64,000 bases of DNA. Origin: Lama glama. Lineage: Eukaryota. The position numbers and the translations under genes are program-made. Every line of letters starts with the position of its first letter. Position 1 is the first letter of the stretch. The stretch spans positions 57,166,001 through 57,230,000 of the forward strand of contig CM052816.1 in NCBI GenBank assembly GCA_028534125.1, given 5' to 3'. The notes under the pieces are model-generated. The model was not told where the DNA came from and did not search any database. It worked only from the letters and a program-made list of their open reading frames with translations. Of this stretch, positions 26,770 to 41,509 are shown piece after piece.

Positions 26770-26865
26770 GCGGTTTGCCTGGGCTGAGGAGATTCCCAGG
26801 ACACAGAACTTACAGTGCTAAAACCAGAAAATTCCTAAGCCAACTAGGACAAGTTGGTCACTCTA
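26770..26865. mobile_element. hAT-Blackjack-like (MER81/MER94-type) fragment
   Basis: cggtttgcctggg...ttcccaggacac...agtgctaaaacc...gttggtcactcta terminus. Confidence 0.5.
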
Positions 26866-27414
26866 GCAGTAAGGGACTTATGGCCTGTGTAACCAGGCTC
26901 GAAACAATAGCATGGGCAATCAGATTCTCAGTTAGAATCAGGGAAACTTAAAGATTGAGGCCATGGGCTGAAATAGAAGGGCCATGACATCAAGAGAGGG
27001 CAAGAAGAGTTGAGGAGCTGCCATACTGGTCACATGTAAATAAATCTCAAGAGCAGACACTATGAATAAGGAGAGGACAACGAGTATATTTTAGGAAAAC
27101 TGATTTTCAGTAGCTTTTTCCTTGAAAACCACTGTGGCCAATTTCAGATCCTTGCACAGACTCTTTCCAGATGCTTCTGTTTGCTGTTGCTGCTGCTTCT
27201 GCTTTCCTTGCCAAGGAGATGACTAGAGCAGATGACTCTTCCCTTTTGTAATAAAGCCAGTTCTCTCCAGACCAATGCTGCTTATCTTCCAAACTAAAAA
27301 GAAATAAGCAAAATCCAGCACACTTAGAAATTTCAAGTTGGGAAACCCAGAAGTGACTTCCTGTTCCCCACCTCACATCTTCTGGAGCTCACAGAGCTCT
27401 TAGTCAGCCAAAGT

Positions 27415-27925
27415 TGGTGTAACAGATTGTTCTTCCCAAAGACAGCTGTGACAGCATTTTCTATTTCTCCTTCTCCTCCTTCCTTGTTATTTTGACTCTA
27501 CTCTGATTAAGAGATGGGATCTGGTCCCCTGCCCTTGAAACTGCTGGGCTTTTGTGACTGTCTCAGAGAGTCTGGTGGAAGCACCACCATGTGCCCTCCA
27601 AGGCTAGGTCATCAAACACAACTTCCATGCCGTTCACTGGAGCACTTGCGCTGGAAGCCTTTGGCCACCACATGAGCTGTCTTATTGCCCAGCGGCAGCC
27701 ATGCTGTGAGGAAGCCCAAGCACTTCCACATGGAGAAAGCACACACAGAGGTCCTGAGACTACATGAAGAGAGAGACCAGTGCCTGGCCAGCCCCCAGTG
27801 GCCTCATCCCTTTTCTCTTCCAGCTCTAGCTAGCATATGATTACAACCACATGAGGGACCCTGACTGTTGTTACTTTAAGCCAGTGAGTTTGGGGATGAT
27901 TTTCATACAGCAGTAGATACCAGGA
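27415..27925 (+). mobile_element. MLT1 (MaLR) solo LTR
   Basis: gccatgctgtgaggaagcccaagc...tttaagccagtgagtttggggatgattt...cagcagtagatac. Confidence 0.7.
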
Positions 27926-30596
27926 TCAGCTGACCTTGAAGAGGTAATAAAACCAGTGGCCTGATCTTGCCTCAGAACCACGGCTACCACAGCAGGACTG
28001 GAAGAACCTAACTAAATGCAGTAGGTAGCCCCACACCAAGCCAGGAAAATGACTCCACGTTTACATGAAAGACAGAGTAGGGAGTGGCCAATCTGTTACA
28101 AATAATTATTTGTTTTACCAAATGATTCACAAAACCATTCCTTATAAATGCAAGTATTTCAAATAAGTTAAAGGAAATTATTTTTATTTACAGAAATTGA
28201 TCTAGACTCACAACCTTTTGGGAACATAACAGTATGTGCTAAGTTCTTATGCATGGCCCACCACCAGGAATTTAAAGCAGCTGTGTCTTCTAGGCACCAG
28301 ACCCCAGACAGCCAGCCCTGATGCTAGCAGACACATGAAGAGCAAAGAGACAGTAGACCAAACACAAGACTGCATGAACAGGCAGAGGAGCAGAGCCTCT
28401 TGGAGGATGAAATAGAATGGGGCTGTTAGGGCCACACATTTTTCCTTTACAAAGGAAGTTTCGAGTTTCATCTGAGCACATCATTGTCTCAGTAGAGGAT
28501 ATGCTGATTTCAAGCTCCCTTCCAGCAGGTGTAACCATGTGACTAATTTCAGGCTAAAGGGAGGTGAGTGGACATGATCTATGCCACTAATAGAAATGGG
28601 CAAAGTTCTAGAGATGGATGGTGGTGATGGTTGCACAATAATGTGAATGGACTTAGTGCCACTAAACTGTACACTTAAAAGTGGTCAAAATAAGTTTTGT
28701 TATGTGTATTTTACCACAACATGAATGATGAATCAATGAATCAATGAACAAAGGAATAAATGAAAAATAAATGCATGAATGAAGGCTTTCTCTCGTCCCC
28801 TGGCTGCAGTGCAGACGTGACAACAAGGGCTGGGGCAGCCATTGCAGACTATGCAATGAAGCTGCATCTCAGGGGGGGCCATGCAACAACACAGACTGAC
28901 TTTCATCCCTGATCCCGGGTACCTGGGCAACCTCATGGGGCAGAGCCACCTCTCCAGCCCTCAGCTACCTGCCTCCAGGCTGTGTTGTGAAAGAAAAATA
29001 CACATCTGTCTTGCTCAGCAACCTCAGGGTCTGCTTGTTATAGCAGCTTAGATTAAACCCTGACAAGTGTCACAAAGCTGCAGGAATGATCTCTCTTTAA
29101 CCAAGCAGGGAAAATTCTAAAGTAGTGTCTTTACATGGGTGGCAGTAAGAGGTTGTTGATTTCCTCTGTTCCCTGCATTCCCCCTCCTCCTCACCACTAG
29201 TGGGAAGAGCTCTTTCGGCTGAAGGACACTCCAAGGATACATGGTGAAAAGTGAACTGTATTAGTAGACTAAATGTTTCTTTGTGGGCATGCCTCTCCAC
29301 AGAACTTGACCTGAGCCGTAAGGGACCACCAGCTGCATGAATTCCCTGTGGCCCTTTAAGTGGCATCAGTCATGGTGCCAGCTGGTTGGAACCAGGACCC
29401 TTCAGGGCTAGTCAAGAAGGAGAAAGGGGAGGAGAGTAGAAGACTAAGGGAGGAGACCTCCTGGAGACCATCAGGGATGAACTCTAGGTGGATTTAAAAT
29501 CCTGGCCCGCATTTCCTTAGCCAAGCCTGGACACCTACCCTCTAGCTGCTGTGAATGTAGGCTGCTGACCGCTCACAGCTGTTCCCAATCTGGAGAATTG
29601 CCCTCGGTCAGTGGGAGCCTTCTCTCCCAAAGGATTACACTCCCCTCCACGCCCCCCCCCAACACACAAAGGGAAGTCCCAGCCAAAGTCATGCTGATGT
29701 GGGGGTACAAAAGGCCAGCCTCCTTACTTTACGGAGGACTAATACAATGAAGAAGTTATGCTACAATGCGCTGTGAGATCAGTCTTGCCGTGGTCTCCAG
29801 CTAAGAACTGCGTTCTTGCTTAGTGTCCCCCAACACCCCCTTCTCCTCTCCTCATTCCTTTTCTCTTGAGAGCATTTCCTCAACATACCACAAGGACAGG
29901 AACCTTCCCCAAGGCTTTTTCTGGGGATCCCAACTAAGGGCAGACTTCTTCTGGGGAAAGTAAATAACAATAGGCTACTGTGGATTGAAATCCATGTGTG
30001 ATTTCTTGTGGTTGGCTTACTAGTGTCAGAATACATTCTTTCTAGTACTGTGCAGTACTGATATTGGCTGCCTGACCTCTCCATGTAAAGAGAAAGGGTT
30101 ATCCCACATTCATTTATTCACCCAGTTTCTTGTGTAACGGCATTTATTAACCAGGCATGATATACATTCATTGTGGAGTAAGACCTGGTTCCTGTGGTCA
30201 AGGAGTATATATTATAGCAGGGAGGACTTAACATGTAACCACAAACTCTGCTCCAAGATGGAATAAAATATGGGGGGTGTTATCCTCTGGAAATCAATGA
30301 TGCACTTAGAGGGACACTCCCAGGCTGCTGGTTTTAGAGGGGTCTGTGTGCATGACCTGACTGGCCCCCTCTTGGTGGGTTTTTATGTGATCTTTCTTTG
30401 TATCTTTCTCTGCCTTGTTACTTTTTCCATGCCTTTCAGTTACTTTTTTTTTTTCAGTTACTTCTTGACTTGATTTTCTTCATCATCTCAGACTCCCAAT
30501 TATCTTTTTTATTCCCCTCTTTCCCTTCTGACTTTCTTCCTGGATTAACTGTGATTAACTAGATCTACATCTACACATAAAATGAAGTTTATTTTT

Positions 30597-30822
30597 CTTT
30601 TTTTTTTAATTGAGGTATAATTGACATAGAATAGTATATTAGTTTCAGGTGCCCAACGTAATGATTTGATATTTGCATATATTGCAAAATGATCACCACA
30701 ATAAGTCTAGTTAACATCTGTCACCATACATAGTTATTTTTTTTTTCTTGTGATGAGGACTTTTAAGATTCACTCTGTTAGCAACTTCCAAATATGCAGT
30801 ACAGCATTATTAACTATAGTCG
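30597..30822 (-). mobile_element. LINE-1 3' end fragment
   Basis: ttttttaattgaggtataattgacatagaatagtatattagtttcaggtg... is a typical L1 3' terminus. Confidence 0.75.
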
Positions 30823-32462
30823 CTCTTACTTCTAAAGATGTGAAAGTAGAATGTGTAGTGGGTAAACTGGCTGGATGACAATGTATCTTTACCCTCTCTT
30901 TCCCTCCATCTCAAAGGAGTCTCTTCTTGCTAAACTGCCCTCCATGTGGGTTATGATCTCACTCTCTTCCCTCTTAACTATCCTGCCTCCTCTGTCCCAG
31001 CCTCTCCACTCGCTTTCTGGGCACACTCAGGTCTCTAGACACTAAAACCCTCTCCACCCTCCCTCACGCCCCCTACCACAGCTGTCACGATGTTGCACTC
31101 AACTTCTTGAAAAATCATTCGCACCTTGTGCCTCCATTTCCTCCCCTCCTGTGCGGTCCCTTAGCCCTCCAACTCAGCCCCTACCCCTATCCGGGGTAAT
31201 TACTTTGGCCGTCATTCCCCAAGCCCACCCAGCATGTGATCCAGTGAACTGTTTTTTTGCCCTTAACCTCAGAGACGGTCCTGTAGTCTCTCTCACGTTT
31301 ACCACACGTTTCCCCCATCAGACTTCTCCCTTCCCTGGCTCCGCCCCCTACTTGCTAAAGGTGCCCCTTCCCAAGGAAGAGCTTCCGGATTTCCTCCCCT
31401 TCCCTCGCCAGCTCCCAGATCTCATCTGCTCCAGGCTCTGGGCACTGTCTCAGGGTACCAATGAGTTTGAGGTCTGAGGAGAGATATTTTTATGCAAAAA
31501 TGTAGCTTTTGTAAGGCAAAACCTTTTGTAAGGCGCCTGTGTAAATCTGGTTTTCACTGTTTAGCATACAGGGCCACCTGCACCTTGTTTTTCCCCTGCC
31601 GGTGCTGTGAAAGCAGTTTGGCTGGCAGATTCAGCCAGGGACTGCCTATGCAGGCTCAGAGAGCAGTTCAAAAGTGCAGGGTGGACAACTAGTTAACCAT
31701 TCACCTTTCGTCTACCAACAGCAGCGGAGAAGTGGCCCCAGCCCGGGTGTCCCTGACACAACAAGTTTTGAGACCCTCCATTTAAGCCACAGGAAGCTGC
31801 CAGGGAAGCCAGAAAGCCAGCAGAGCTGCAATCAGGTATTCGTGATGCTCTTTGTTTCTGGGATTCTGTTCAGAAACAAGTACTTAGAACAATTTGGAGA
31901 AAATTACAATTCTAGCTGTGTGTCTTCATAAGCGTCCTTCTCTAAAGAAGACTCTGTAGACTTTGGGGCAAGCCATAACACCTCAACATTAACTTTTCTT
32001 CCCGAAGTAATAATAATAACAACTTGTTACTATTGAAAGTTGTTGGGAAAGTCAGAAAAGTTGAAAGTACAATGAAACTCCATGTACCCTTCATCTTCTT
32101 CAACAAGTAGTAATAATGCCTGCCAGATTTGTTTCATTTCTCTGTGTGTTATTTGTGTACATACTTTTGTTCTTATTGAACCATTTGAAAGAAAGTAAGT
32201 TGCAGACATCAGAACATTTCAATCCTAAATTCTTCAGCATGCATCTCCTAAGAATAAACACCGATTTTTTTTTTTACCCAATCACGGTAACATTATCACA
32301 CTTAAGGCTATTAACGATCATTCTGTAATATTATCTAATAGCCAGGCCATGTTCAAAACTTCCCAGTTACCCTAAGATTATCTTTATAGCTTTGTTTTCA
32401 CCAAGTCAGGATCCACTTGGGATTCATTGGATTTTGTTACTATTTCTCTTAGTCTGTTAAAA

Positions 32463-35400
32463 AACATTTTTTTTACTGAAGTAAAATTAACATTCAATTT
32501 TAATACATCCATTTAAAATGTACAGTTTGATAAGTTTTAAAATATATGTATAACCTTACAACAAGCATCAAAATCAAAGAAAATGTTCCCTCATGCCACC
32601 TTTGCAGTCAGTCACGCCTTTACCCCTTGCCCCAGGCAACCACTGAGCTCATTTTTATCACTGTAGATAGCGTTGCCTGGTCGAGAATTTAGTAAATCTA
32701 ATATAGTTTATGTCTTTTTGTCTGGCTTCTTTTGCTTATTTTTGAGATTCATTTGTCTTGTTGCATATATGAGTAGTTTGTTCCTTCTTATCGCTGAGTA
32801 ATATTCCACTATATGAATATACCAGTTGGTTTAGCCATTCACCTAATGATGAACACCTGGATTGTTTCCAGTTTTAAGCGATTGTTATTCAAGCTACTGT
32901 GAACATTCACACATAACTTTGTGGACATATGTTTTCATTCCTCTTGGGTAAAAATCTAGATGTAAAATTGCTGGACCATATAGTAAGTGTATATTTGTAA
33001 GAAACTGCCAAACTGTTTTCCAAAGTGTTTATAACATTTTACACTCTTACCAGAAATATACGTGCACTCAAGTTTCTCTACATCCTCACCAGTGCTTAAT
33101 ACTATGTCTTTCTACTTTTTACCATTTTGCTGGGTGTGTAGTGATACCTCAGTGTGGTTTTAATTTGCAAATCCCTCATGGCTAGAGATGTTTTACATCT
33201 TTTCATGTGTTTATTGCATATATAACATATATATATAATATATATATATTCTTTTGTGACATCTCTGTTCAAATATTTGCCCTTTTAAAAATTAAATTGT
33301 CTTTTTATTATTGACTATTTATGAGTTCTTTGCCAGGTATATGTATTACAAATGTTTTCTTCCAATCACTGACTTTTAAAATTTTTTTAATGGTGTCTTT
33401 TGAAGAGAAGTTTTCAATTTTGATGCAGTCCAGTTTATCAATATTTTCTTTTAAGATTGATGCTTTTGTGTATGCTATCTGAGAAATCTTTGACTGCCCC
33501 AAGATTGTTCTATGTTTTAGTCTAGAAGTTTTGTAGTTTTAGCTTTTACATGTAGGCCTAGAATCCATTTAGAGCTAATTTTTAAATATAGTGTGAGCTA
33601 GGAGTTGTTTTTTTTTCATACATGTAATCAGTTGTTCTAGCACCATTTGTTGAAAAGATTGTTTTTTCCTATTTAATTACCTTGACACCTTTGCCAAAAA
33701 AAAAAAAATCAGTTGACCATATATGTATGGGTCTGCTTATTGGACTCTTTTCTAGTTCTTTGTGTATCCTGTGATAATATCACAATGTTTTGGTAACAAT
33801 AGCTTTATAGTAGGTCTTGAATTCAGTGTGTAAGTCTTTCAAATTTGTTCTTTTTCAAAATTATTTTGAGTCTTCTGGTTCTTTACATTTTCATATAAAT
33901 TTTATAGTAAACTTCCCATTTTCTATTTTTAAAAATGTCTTTTGAGATTTTGATTGGGATTGTATAGAATCTATAAATCTGTTGGGGAGAACTGACATTT
34001 AAACAATACTGATTCTTCCAATCCATGACCACAGTAAATCTATCCATTCATTTGGATTTCATTTGGATACTATTTAATTTCTTTCAATAGTCTTTTGTAG
34101 TTTTCAGTGCACAGTTTGTATACTTATATATAAATTTATCTGAAAACATTAATTTAAAAAATTTTAATTGTAGTATAGTCAGTTATAATGTGTCAATTTC
34201 TGGTGTACAGCACAATGTCCCAGGCATGCATATATATATACATATATTTGTTTTCATATTCTTTTTCATTAAAGGTTATTACAAGATATTGAATATAGTT
34301 ACCTGTGCTATACAGAAGAAATCTGTTTTTTTTAATCTATTTTTATGTATAGTGGCTAACATTTGCAAATCTCGAACTCCCAAATTTATCCTTTCCCACC
34401 CCCTTTCCCTGGTAACCATAAAATTGTATGCTATGCCTGCAACTCTGTTTCTGTTTTGTAGATGAGTTCATAGTATTTTTTATTTCTTTTTTTTTAGATT
34501 CCACTTATGATGTGATATTCTTCTTTCTCTTTCTGGCTTACTTCACTTAGAATGATGATCTCTAGGTCCATCCATGTTGCTGCAGATGGCATTATTTTAT
34601 TCTTATTAACAGCTGAGTAATATTCCATTGTATACATACACCACAACTTCTTTATCTAGTCATCTGTTGATGGACATTTAAGTTGTTTCTATGTCTTGGC
34701 TATTGTATATATTGCTGCTATGAACATTGAGGTGCATGTATCTTTTCAAATGAGAGCTCTCTCATGATATATGCCCAGCAGTGGGATTGTTGGATCATAT
34801 GGCAAGTCTATTTTTAGTTTTTTGAGGCATCTCCATACTGTTATCCATAATGACTGCACCAAAGTGCATTCCCACCACCAGTGTAGGAGGGTTCCCTTTT
34901 CTCCACACCCTCTCCAGCATTTATTGTTTGTGGACTGTTTTTAATGATGGCCATTCTGACTGTTGTGAGGTGATACCTCACTGTAGTTTTGATTTGCATT
35001 TCTCAGATAATTGGTGATATTGAGCATGTTTTCATGTGCCTGTTGGCCATTTGTATGTCTTCACTGGAGAATTGCTTGTTTAGATCTTCTGCCCACTTTT
35101 GGATTCGGTTATTTGTTTGTTTGTTTATTATTAACTTGTATAAATTGTTTATATATTCTCGAAATTAAGCCTTTGTTGGTCACATCATTTGCAAATATTT
35201 TCTCCCATTTCATAGGTTGTCATTTTGTTTTGCTTATGGTTTCCTTTGCTGTGCAAAAGCTTATAGGTTAAATTAGGTCCCATTTATTAGTTTTTGCTTT
35301 TATTTCTATTGCCTGGGTAGACTGCCCTAGGAGAACATTGCTAAGATTTATGTCAGAGAATGTTTTGTCTATGAAAACATTGATTTTTTATATTATAAAT

Positions 35401-35700
35401 AGTATTTCATTTTCCAATTCTTTGTACTGAATACAGACATACATTGATTTCTGTATATTGACCTTGTGTTCTGTGTACTTGCTAGATTCACTTTTTGGTC
35501 TTAGAAGCTTTTTTGTAGAATTTCTATGGTGACAACCATGTTTTACTTCTTCCTTTACAATGTGTATCCCCTTTTTCCCCCTTGCTTTTTTACACTGGCT
35601 AGGACGACAGCAAAATGTTGAATAGAAATGGTGAAAGAGAACTTCCTTCCTCGTCTCTGATTTTAGGGAGAAATAGTCTTTCACCAGAAAGTCTGATGCT
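32463..35700 (-). mobile_element. Old L1M-type LINE-1 (interrupted by a younger L1)
   Basis: Typical antisense L1 text (ttccagtttt..attg, aactgccaaactgttttccaaag, caccatttgttgaaaaga, ttttgattgggattg). ORF2 remnant KENIDKLDCIKIENFSSKDTIKK. Confidence 0.85.
34156..35371 (-). mobile_element. Younger LINE-1 3' fragment nested in the older L1
   Basis: 3' end related to the 23.2-kb element. 15-bp TSD tgaaaacattaattt (34141-34155) / tgaaaacattgattt (35372-35386). Confidence 0.88.
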
Positions 35701-36535
35701 AGCATTTTACAAAATTCAAAATCCATTCATGATGCAAACTCTTAGTAACCTTGGGAACAAAAGTCAAAGGCACCTATGTTGTCTTCCTTTAAAGATTGTT
35801 GAGTTTTTTGTCACAGGCAGTTAATTTATATGTGGATTAACTCGATTCTTTTAAGATTTATTTGTAAGCTTTGTTGAGGCAGTTTAGCTAGAGTGGGTTA
35901 GCCCTAGTCCTGAGGCATGGCCTTTGTGGTAGACGCTCGAAACCTTCCATGTTCAGTGAGGCCCTTCTATTCTGGTTGGTCAAAACTCAAGCACCTCCCA
36001 ACTTGGTGGGATCCAGGAGTTATGTGTACAGCAACCTGGTAGCCTTTCTGCCCCAGAGAGTTGTTTTTTTAACCCAGTTTTTGTTGTCTCCCCCTACATG
36101 TGCACAATTTAGTATTTAGCCAAAGACTCGAAGGGAACCCCATGGCCTAGAACCCCTTCTCTGTGGAGTTTCTTCCTCTAAAATGTTCTACCCTGCAAAT
36201 TCCAGTTGCCTCAGCCCCACCCTCCCACCCCTCATCCCCGTTCAATATCTGTCTCGTCAGCTCAGTGAGAACTCTGTGTTCTGTTTGCATCCCCTTCCCT
36301 GATGGGGACTTAGCAAATGCCTCTGGTAGAGATCCTGGGTAATTGTAGGGCTTACCTTGTCTGTTTCCTTTCCCTCAGAGTCCAGCCCTGTGCTGCCAAT
36401 TATTTCATGTCTGAAAACAGTTATTCCATATACTTTATCTAGTGTTCTAGTTGTGTACGGCAGAATGGCTGGCCAGTACTACTTACTCTGTCATCAGTGG
36501 AAACAGAAGAGTCATTAGTCTCTTTTAATTTAGAA

Positions 36536-36743
36536 CAGGGATCTAAACTTTTTCTCAAGGGCAAGATAGTAAATATTTCAGATTTCCAGGCCACACTGTT
36601 TCTGTTGCAATCACTCAACTATGTCACTGTAGCACAAAAGCAGCCATAGACAATCCGTAAGCTCATAAGCAGGACTGTGTTCCAATAAATTTTCTTTACA
36701 AAAGTAGACAACTGACCTGCTGGTCATAGTTTGGCAACCTTTG
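36536..36743. mobile_element. MER58A-like hAT-Charlie MITE
   Basis: caggg..aaactttttct.aagggc.agatagtaaatatt...cagccatagacaat...ctgtgttccaataaa...catagtttg. 8-bp TSD atttagaa / atctagaa. Confidence 0.8.
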
Positions 36744-37504
36744 ATCTAGAATAGTACCTCTACCCATTTTTCCCTCATGACATAGGCTTTTTCAAGAGTC
36801 CAAACCAGTTATCTTATTGAATTCCCCAAATTCTAGGTTTATCTAGTTATTTTCACAAACTATAGTATAAAACATTCCTTCATCCTCTATATTTTCTGTA
36901 AATGGTTAATTAGGTCAGGAGGCTTCATGAGAGTCAGATTAAATATTTTGGGGCAAGAATAATGTCATAGGTCATGTTGAGAATATTAACTTTTGAAAAA
37001 GCATCATCAAAGAAGTCAGTGCAACTGCAATTCAATCACTGATGATTCATTCACTCACCATCCATCATCCATCCATCAAGATTCTCTGATGCACTCACTC
37101 TCTGTCATGTACAATGCTAAGAGCTCTGAGGGATACAGTGATGTGGTCCAGCCTGCTCTGAGTGACTGGGAGACAGAAAAGTACAGTGCCTCACTCTTTC
37201 TTTCTAGGGCAGAGCCAGAGGGCTCTCTTCATGTGAAATAGTTTAAAAATATAGATTCACCAGCCCTTCAGACCCAATGAAGTAGAGTCTCTTGGCAAAG
37301 TCCAGAAATATGCGTTTTAATCAGTTCCATTATTAAAACAGGCCAAAGGAAAGCAGGTTGTGATGAAAGTCAATTCCTAAGGAGAGAAGCCGTCCACCTG
37401 GGAGGAGGCTGCATCTTCCTCTGATTTGCTGGAAAGGTAGACATACAGGACGGCCCAGGGGTCAGGCAGTCCTTCAGTTGTAAGAGAAGAAGCATCCTGG
37501 CCTC

Positions 37505-38050
37505 TGTGGTGATTTTGAACTATACCACAAAGTCTTTGAGGCACCTCCCTTCAAAAGGTCGAAGTTAAATCCTTGACCCTTGAGTGTGGGCCAGGCTCAG
37601 TGATTCACTGCTGACAAATAGAATGTGGTGGAATTGATAATGTATGACTTTAAGACCAAATTCTGAAAAGCACTGCAGCTTTCCCCTTGCTTTCTCCTCA
37701 ATCTCTTGCCCTGAGGGAAGCCAGGCATCATGTTGTGAAGACGCTCCAGCAGCCCTATGGCTGGCTGTCCCCATGGAAAGCAGCTGAGGCCTCCTGCCAA
37801 CAACCAGCATCAACTTGCCAGCCCTGTGAGTGACCATCTCACTCATGGAGAAGGGAGGTCTCCAGCCCCCATCAAGCCAAGCCACAAGACTGCCACCCTG
37901 GCTGACATCTTGACCACAATCTCATCAGAGACCTTAAGCCAGAACGACCCAACTGAGCTGCATCTGATTGTCCAAGCCACAGAAACATGTGAGATAATAA
38001 CTGTTTATTTGTTTGGGGATAGTTTGTTATGCAGCAATAGGCAATCAATA
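37505..38050 (+). mobile_element. MLT1 (MaLR) solo LTR
   Basis: tgtggtg...ggaagccaggcatcatgttgtgaag...gctgaggcctcctgccaacaacca...tttggggatagtttgttatgcagcaatagg. Confidence 0.8.
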
Positions 38051-41000
38051 ACTCAAGGACATCACACATAGCTTTAGAACCACTTCTGGGATGGTGCCAG
38101 TGAGCCCCATCTTCCACTCCATTTGAGGTAGCTGGCTTGAGAACACCACTGTGTGGGGGTTGCATCCTTTTCTGTTGGACACATGTATCTTCTCGACTGG
38201 TGCTGACCTCACAGTGAAACTCCAGGCAGAAACCTGTCCCAGGCCTCTAAAAAATCAGGATTTGGGGCTCCCACCCCCTGCATGAACTATGTCTGGAGAT
38301 GATGCCATTGCCCCTTCCTACCCACAGAGCATTCTTTTGAGAATTCTGTCTGAATGGAAGGCAGCTAGGCAGCCCCACTTCTGGCTGGGGAAGAGCTTTT
38401 CTCAACGTAGAGGCAGGAGCACATGTGGGTATCAAAACTGGCGCCTTTGTTTCATTAACACCATGTTCTAACGAAACCAGCTGACTGGCCATGATTTTGA
38501 AAAATAGTAAAACATTGCTTTGGTGCCAAAGTACTCTAGTCAACTCGATAGGACCAGTGAAGAAAGTTTAAAATTGAAGGGATCACCAATATTTTTTGGT
38601 CCAGAGTAAGTTTTGGGGGTAAGAGAGCAAAGTACAGTACTGCAATGTTTCCTTGTTGGTTTGATTTTGTGTTTTATATCTCTCAGGGAGGTACAAGTGA
38701 AAAGTTACTTTGCTTGCATCAAGGAAGATTTGCATCAAGATCTATTTTAAGGATTTTAAAACTTCACAAAATCTTTGACTTTAGTCAGTAGTTTTAATAT
38801 TGAATTGTAATTGAGAGAGAGAAAGAATTCCAAAGCCAGCAACCTACTATGGAAGGAGGAGACCCTTATAGGAGCTGGGCCACAATTCTAGCTCCTTTCC
38901 AGTGCTGAAGGGCACCCCAGAGGTGGGCCAGGACGGGAGCAGAGCAGTGACCCGCCCACGGCCACATCTAACCAGACGCGAAGGTCTCGCCCCAGCGCAC
39001 AGCCATGAAGGACACAGGCCTCGTGAGTCACGTCGGGCTCAGCCGATTCAACCCATGAGATTGATTATAACTTACTTTTCACAGAGCGGCAGGGAGGAGT
39101 CGGGGAGATGCAGCAGGGAAGCAGTTCAGCCCGGCCTGGCCCCAGTAGAACTGTGTGCCCATCCCAACCCTGCAGGCAAAGTTTCCTATGGGACAGCCGG
39201 ACAAAAAGGGCTGAGAGAGCAGCAGGGCAAGGGAGGAGCAGAGCTTCAGGGCCTGAACAAGGAAATCTTGGTGGCAACTTAGCACCTAAGGCCCTGAAGG
39301 AAGGCAGAGTGTGTTTGGTGGGGCCTAGGAGACTTGACAGCTGGTAAAATGACTCCTCCCTCCATGGGATCTGGGCCACCAGGAGGACCCTGAGTTTGAG
39401 GAAGCACTGCAGCCCCTGTAGGGACTGGCCTGGCCTTCCCCAGAACTCTCCATCATGCTGGATCCCAGTCCCTCAATCTCATGGAAAAACCAGTCCTCCT
39501 CCTTGGTGAAAATCCCTAATAAAAGCCATTTGGTCCGCTCAGCACCTGTAGGTGGGATTCCCTTGCTCATTCAGAGGCCTTGAAGGAAATGTGCTGTGAG
39601 TGATTTGGCACATGACAGCCCTGGTGGCTCATCCACTCCCACCAAACCACCCAGCCCAACATCCGTCCCTTCAGGCCTGAGCTGGCTCCGGGACAACACA
39701 CCGAGCAGTTAAGTCACTGCCCAACTCCCTTCGTCATCAGGTTTTGTCTGCCACTCTGCCTCTTCTGGGAGGGAGGACGTGAAGTCACTTTGCACTCCCA
39801 GCCTTGGCCCCACTCAGCCCAAGAGCCAGAGCACCCAGCTGGGTGAAGTAAGGCGCAGACAGCATTTCCAAGCAGTCATATGCTTCACTCAGCTGGAATC
39901 TCCCCCCACCCCACAAAGCATTCCTTATTCATGAAAGCTGCATTCAAGCCCTCCAGTTTGTTCCTGTTGGGGTACTTGGGTTAGTGGCAGCAGGCATGAT
40001 ACTCCAGGAATCCCAGGTATGCAGGATCCCAGGAGGGCTCATGGCATGAAGCAGACCAGCCATGCATGGTTCCCCACCAACAGTCAGAGGACATTTCACC
40101 CCTCCAGCACACTCACCGCCCCTGCAGTGTGCTTCCTGACTTCTCTTTCCTTTGGGGAAGCTTCTGCACCAGGGGCTCAGGGATCAGGGTTTCCTGTGTC
40201 CAAGGTGGCAGCTGGCTGAGCTCAGCCCCCACACTGACCAGTCCATCAGGGGCTGGGAGGCACTGAGAGGAAGGAGCCCTGGCTGAGGCAGTTTTCATAC
40301 AACAGCCCACTTGGACAATCTCAAGCTTTTTCCATTTCAGCCCAGCTAGTGTTTTCCTCCACTCTGCCTCGTCTTAATAAATGTTACTGATGCTCCCAGT
40401 TGTAGACAAGTAGCAGTCTTGACCGCTTCCAACACAAAGAAGCAAAGATAAAACTATGCCTTCCTTAAAGAGTCCAAGGCCCCGCAGTCTGGGAATACAG
40501 GAGGAAAGGGCAGGTGACCCTTTGTGTCCCCACTCCCTGGGGGCTTCCTCAGGAATCACCTGCAGGTTGCCTAGAAGGCTGGGGCAGGAAGACTGTGTGA
40601 AGCTCCCATCAGCACTGGGAGATGACTCTGAACCCACATCCTTCCCCTCCAGGACCCTTAGCGCAGGCTGGGGTTTGTAAACAGGACTCTCCAGAAGGCC
40701 TTGAAGTCACAAACAAGGAGCTCCTAACCCCAGACAATCTAGCCTGCAGGGTGTTGCCTCTGCAGTTTCTCTCTATTGTCCCCACAGGGGACAGATTTCC
40801 AGATGATAAACTTTACCCTCCAGAGATGTTGATTCATGGGACCAGTCTGAAATGGGACTTAGGAATTTAATTTTTTCAGCAATCATCTTGGTTCTTGCAG
40901 ATCATGGATCCTTATAGATCCAACCGGACCACCATCTCTCTTCTGCCCACCTAAGGCGACCATCTGAGGTTTACTTCTTATCTCTGGATCCATTGCTTTC

Positions 41001-41509
41001 CTATGTCCTGCCCTGGAATATTGACCCCCTTCAGGAAAGACCCGCCACTCACTTGGCCTCAGTCCACTACTTACGGCCAACAGTCACATCACACAAGTTG
41101 TCACGGAGGCCACCTTAACTCTTCCTTCCCCTCTCTTCACCCAACTCCAGCCTCTCAGGTAGGAACTGGATGGATTTGCCTCCCCTTCAACTTTCATCCT
41201 CTGAAAACTGCTTTGTTGGTGTGCCGCATGCCTCTATAGCTTGTAGAAGTCCCAGAGGGAACTTAGTCAAAAATTGCTTCAGTTTCAGTAGAATTTGTTG
41301 ATTGGATTAGTCCACTTAATGGGTCCCAAAGGAGGGCAAAGAACTCACAAGGGGTTTTCATAGTGTAGAGGCAGCCTGGGTGGGTAGTCCCACCTGAAAT
41401 TGCAGACCTCATCACTATTTTCTATAAGATGGGTCATCAAAGCTCCCAACAACATAGGAGGAAAGTCTGGATGAAGATTTCTCATGCTCCTGATAATGTC
41501 TGGTGTTCA

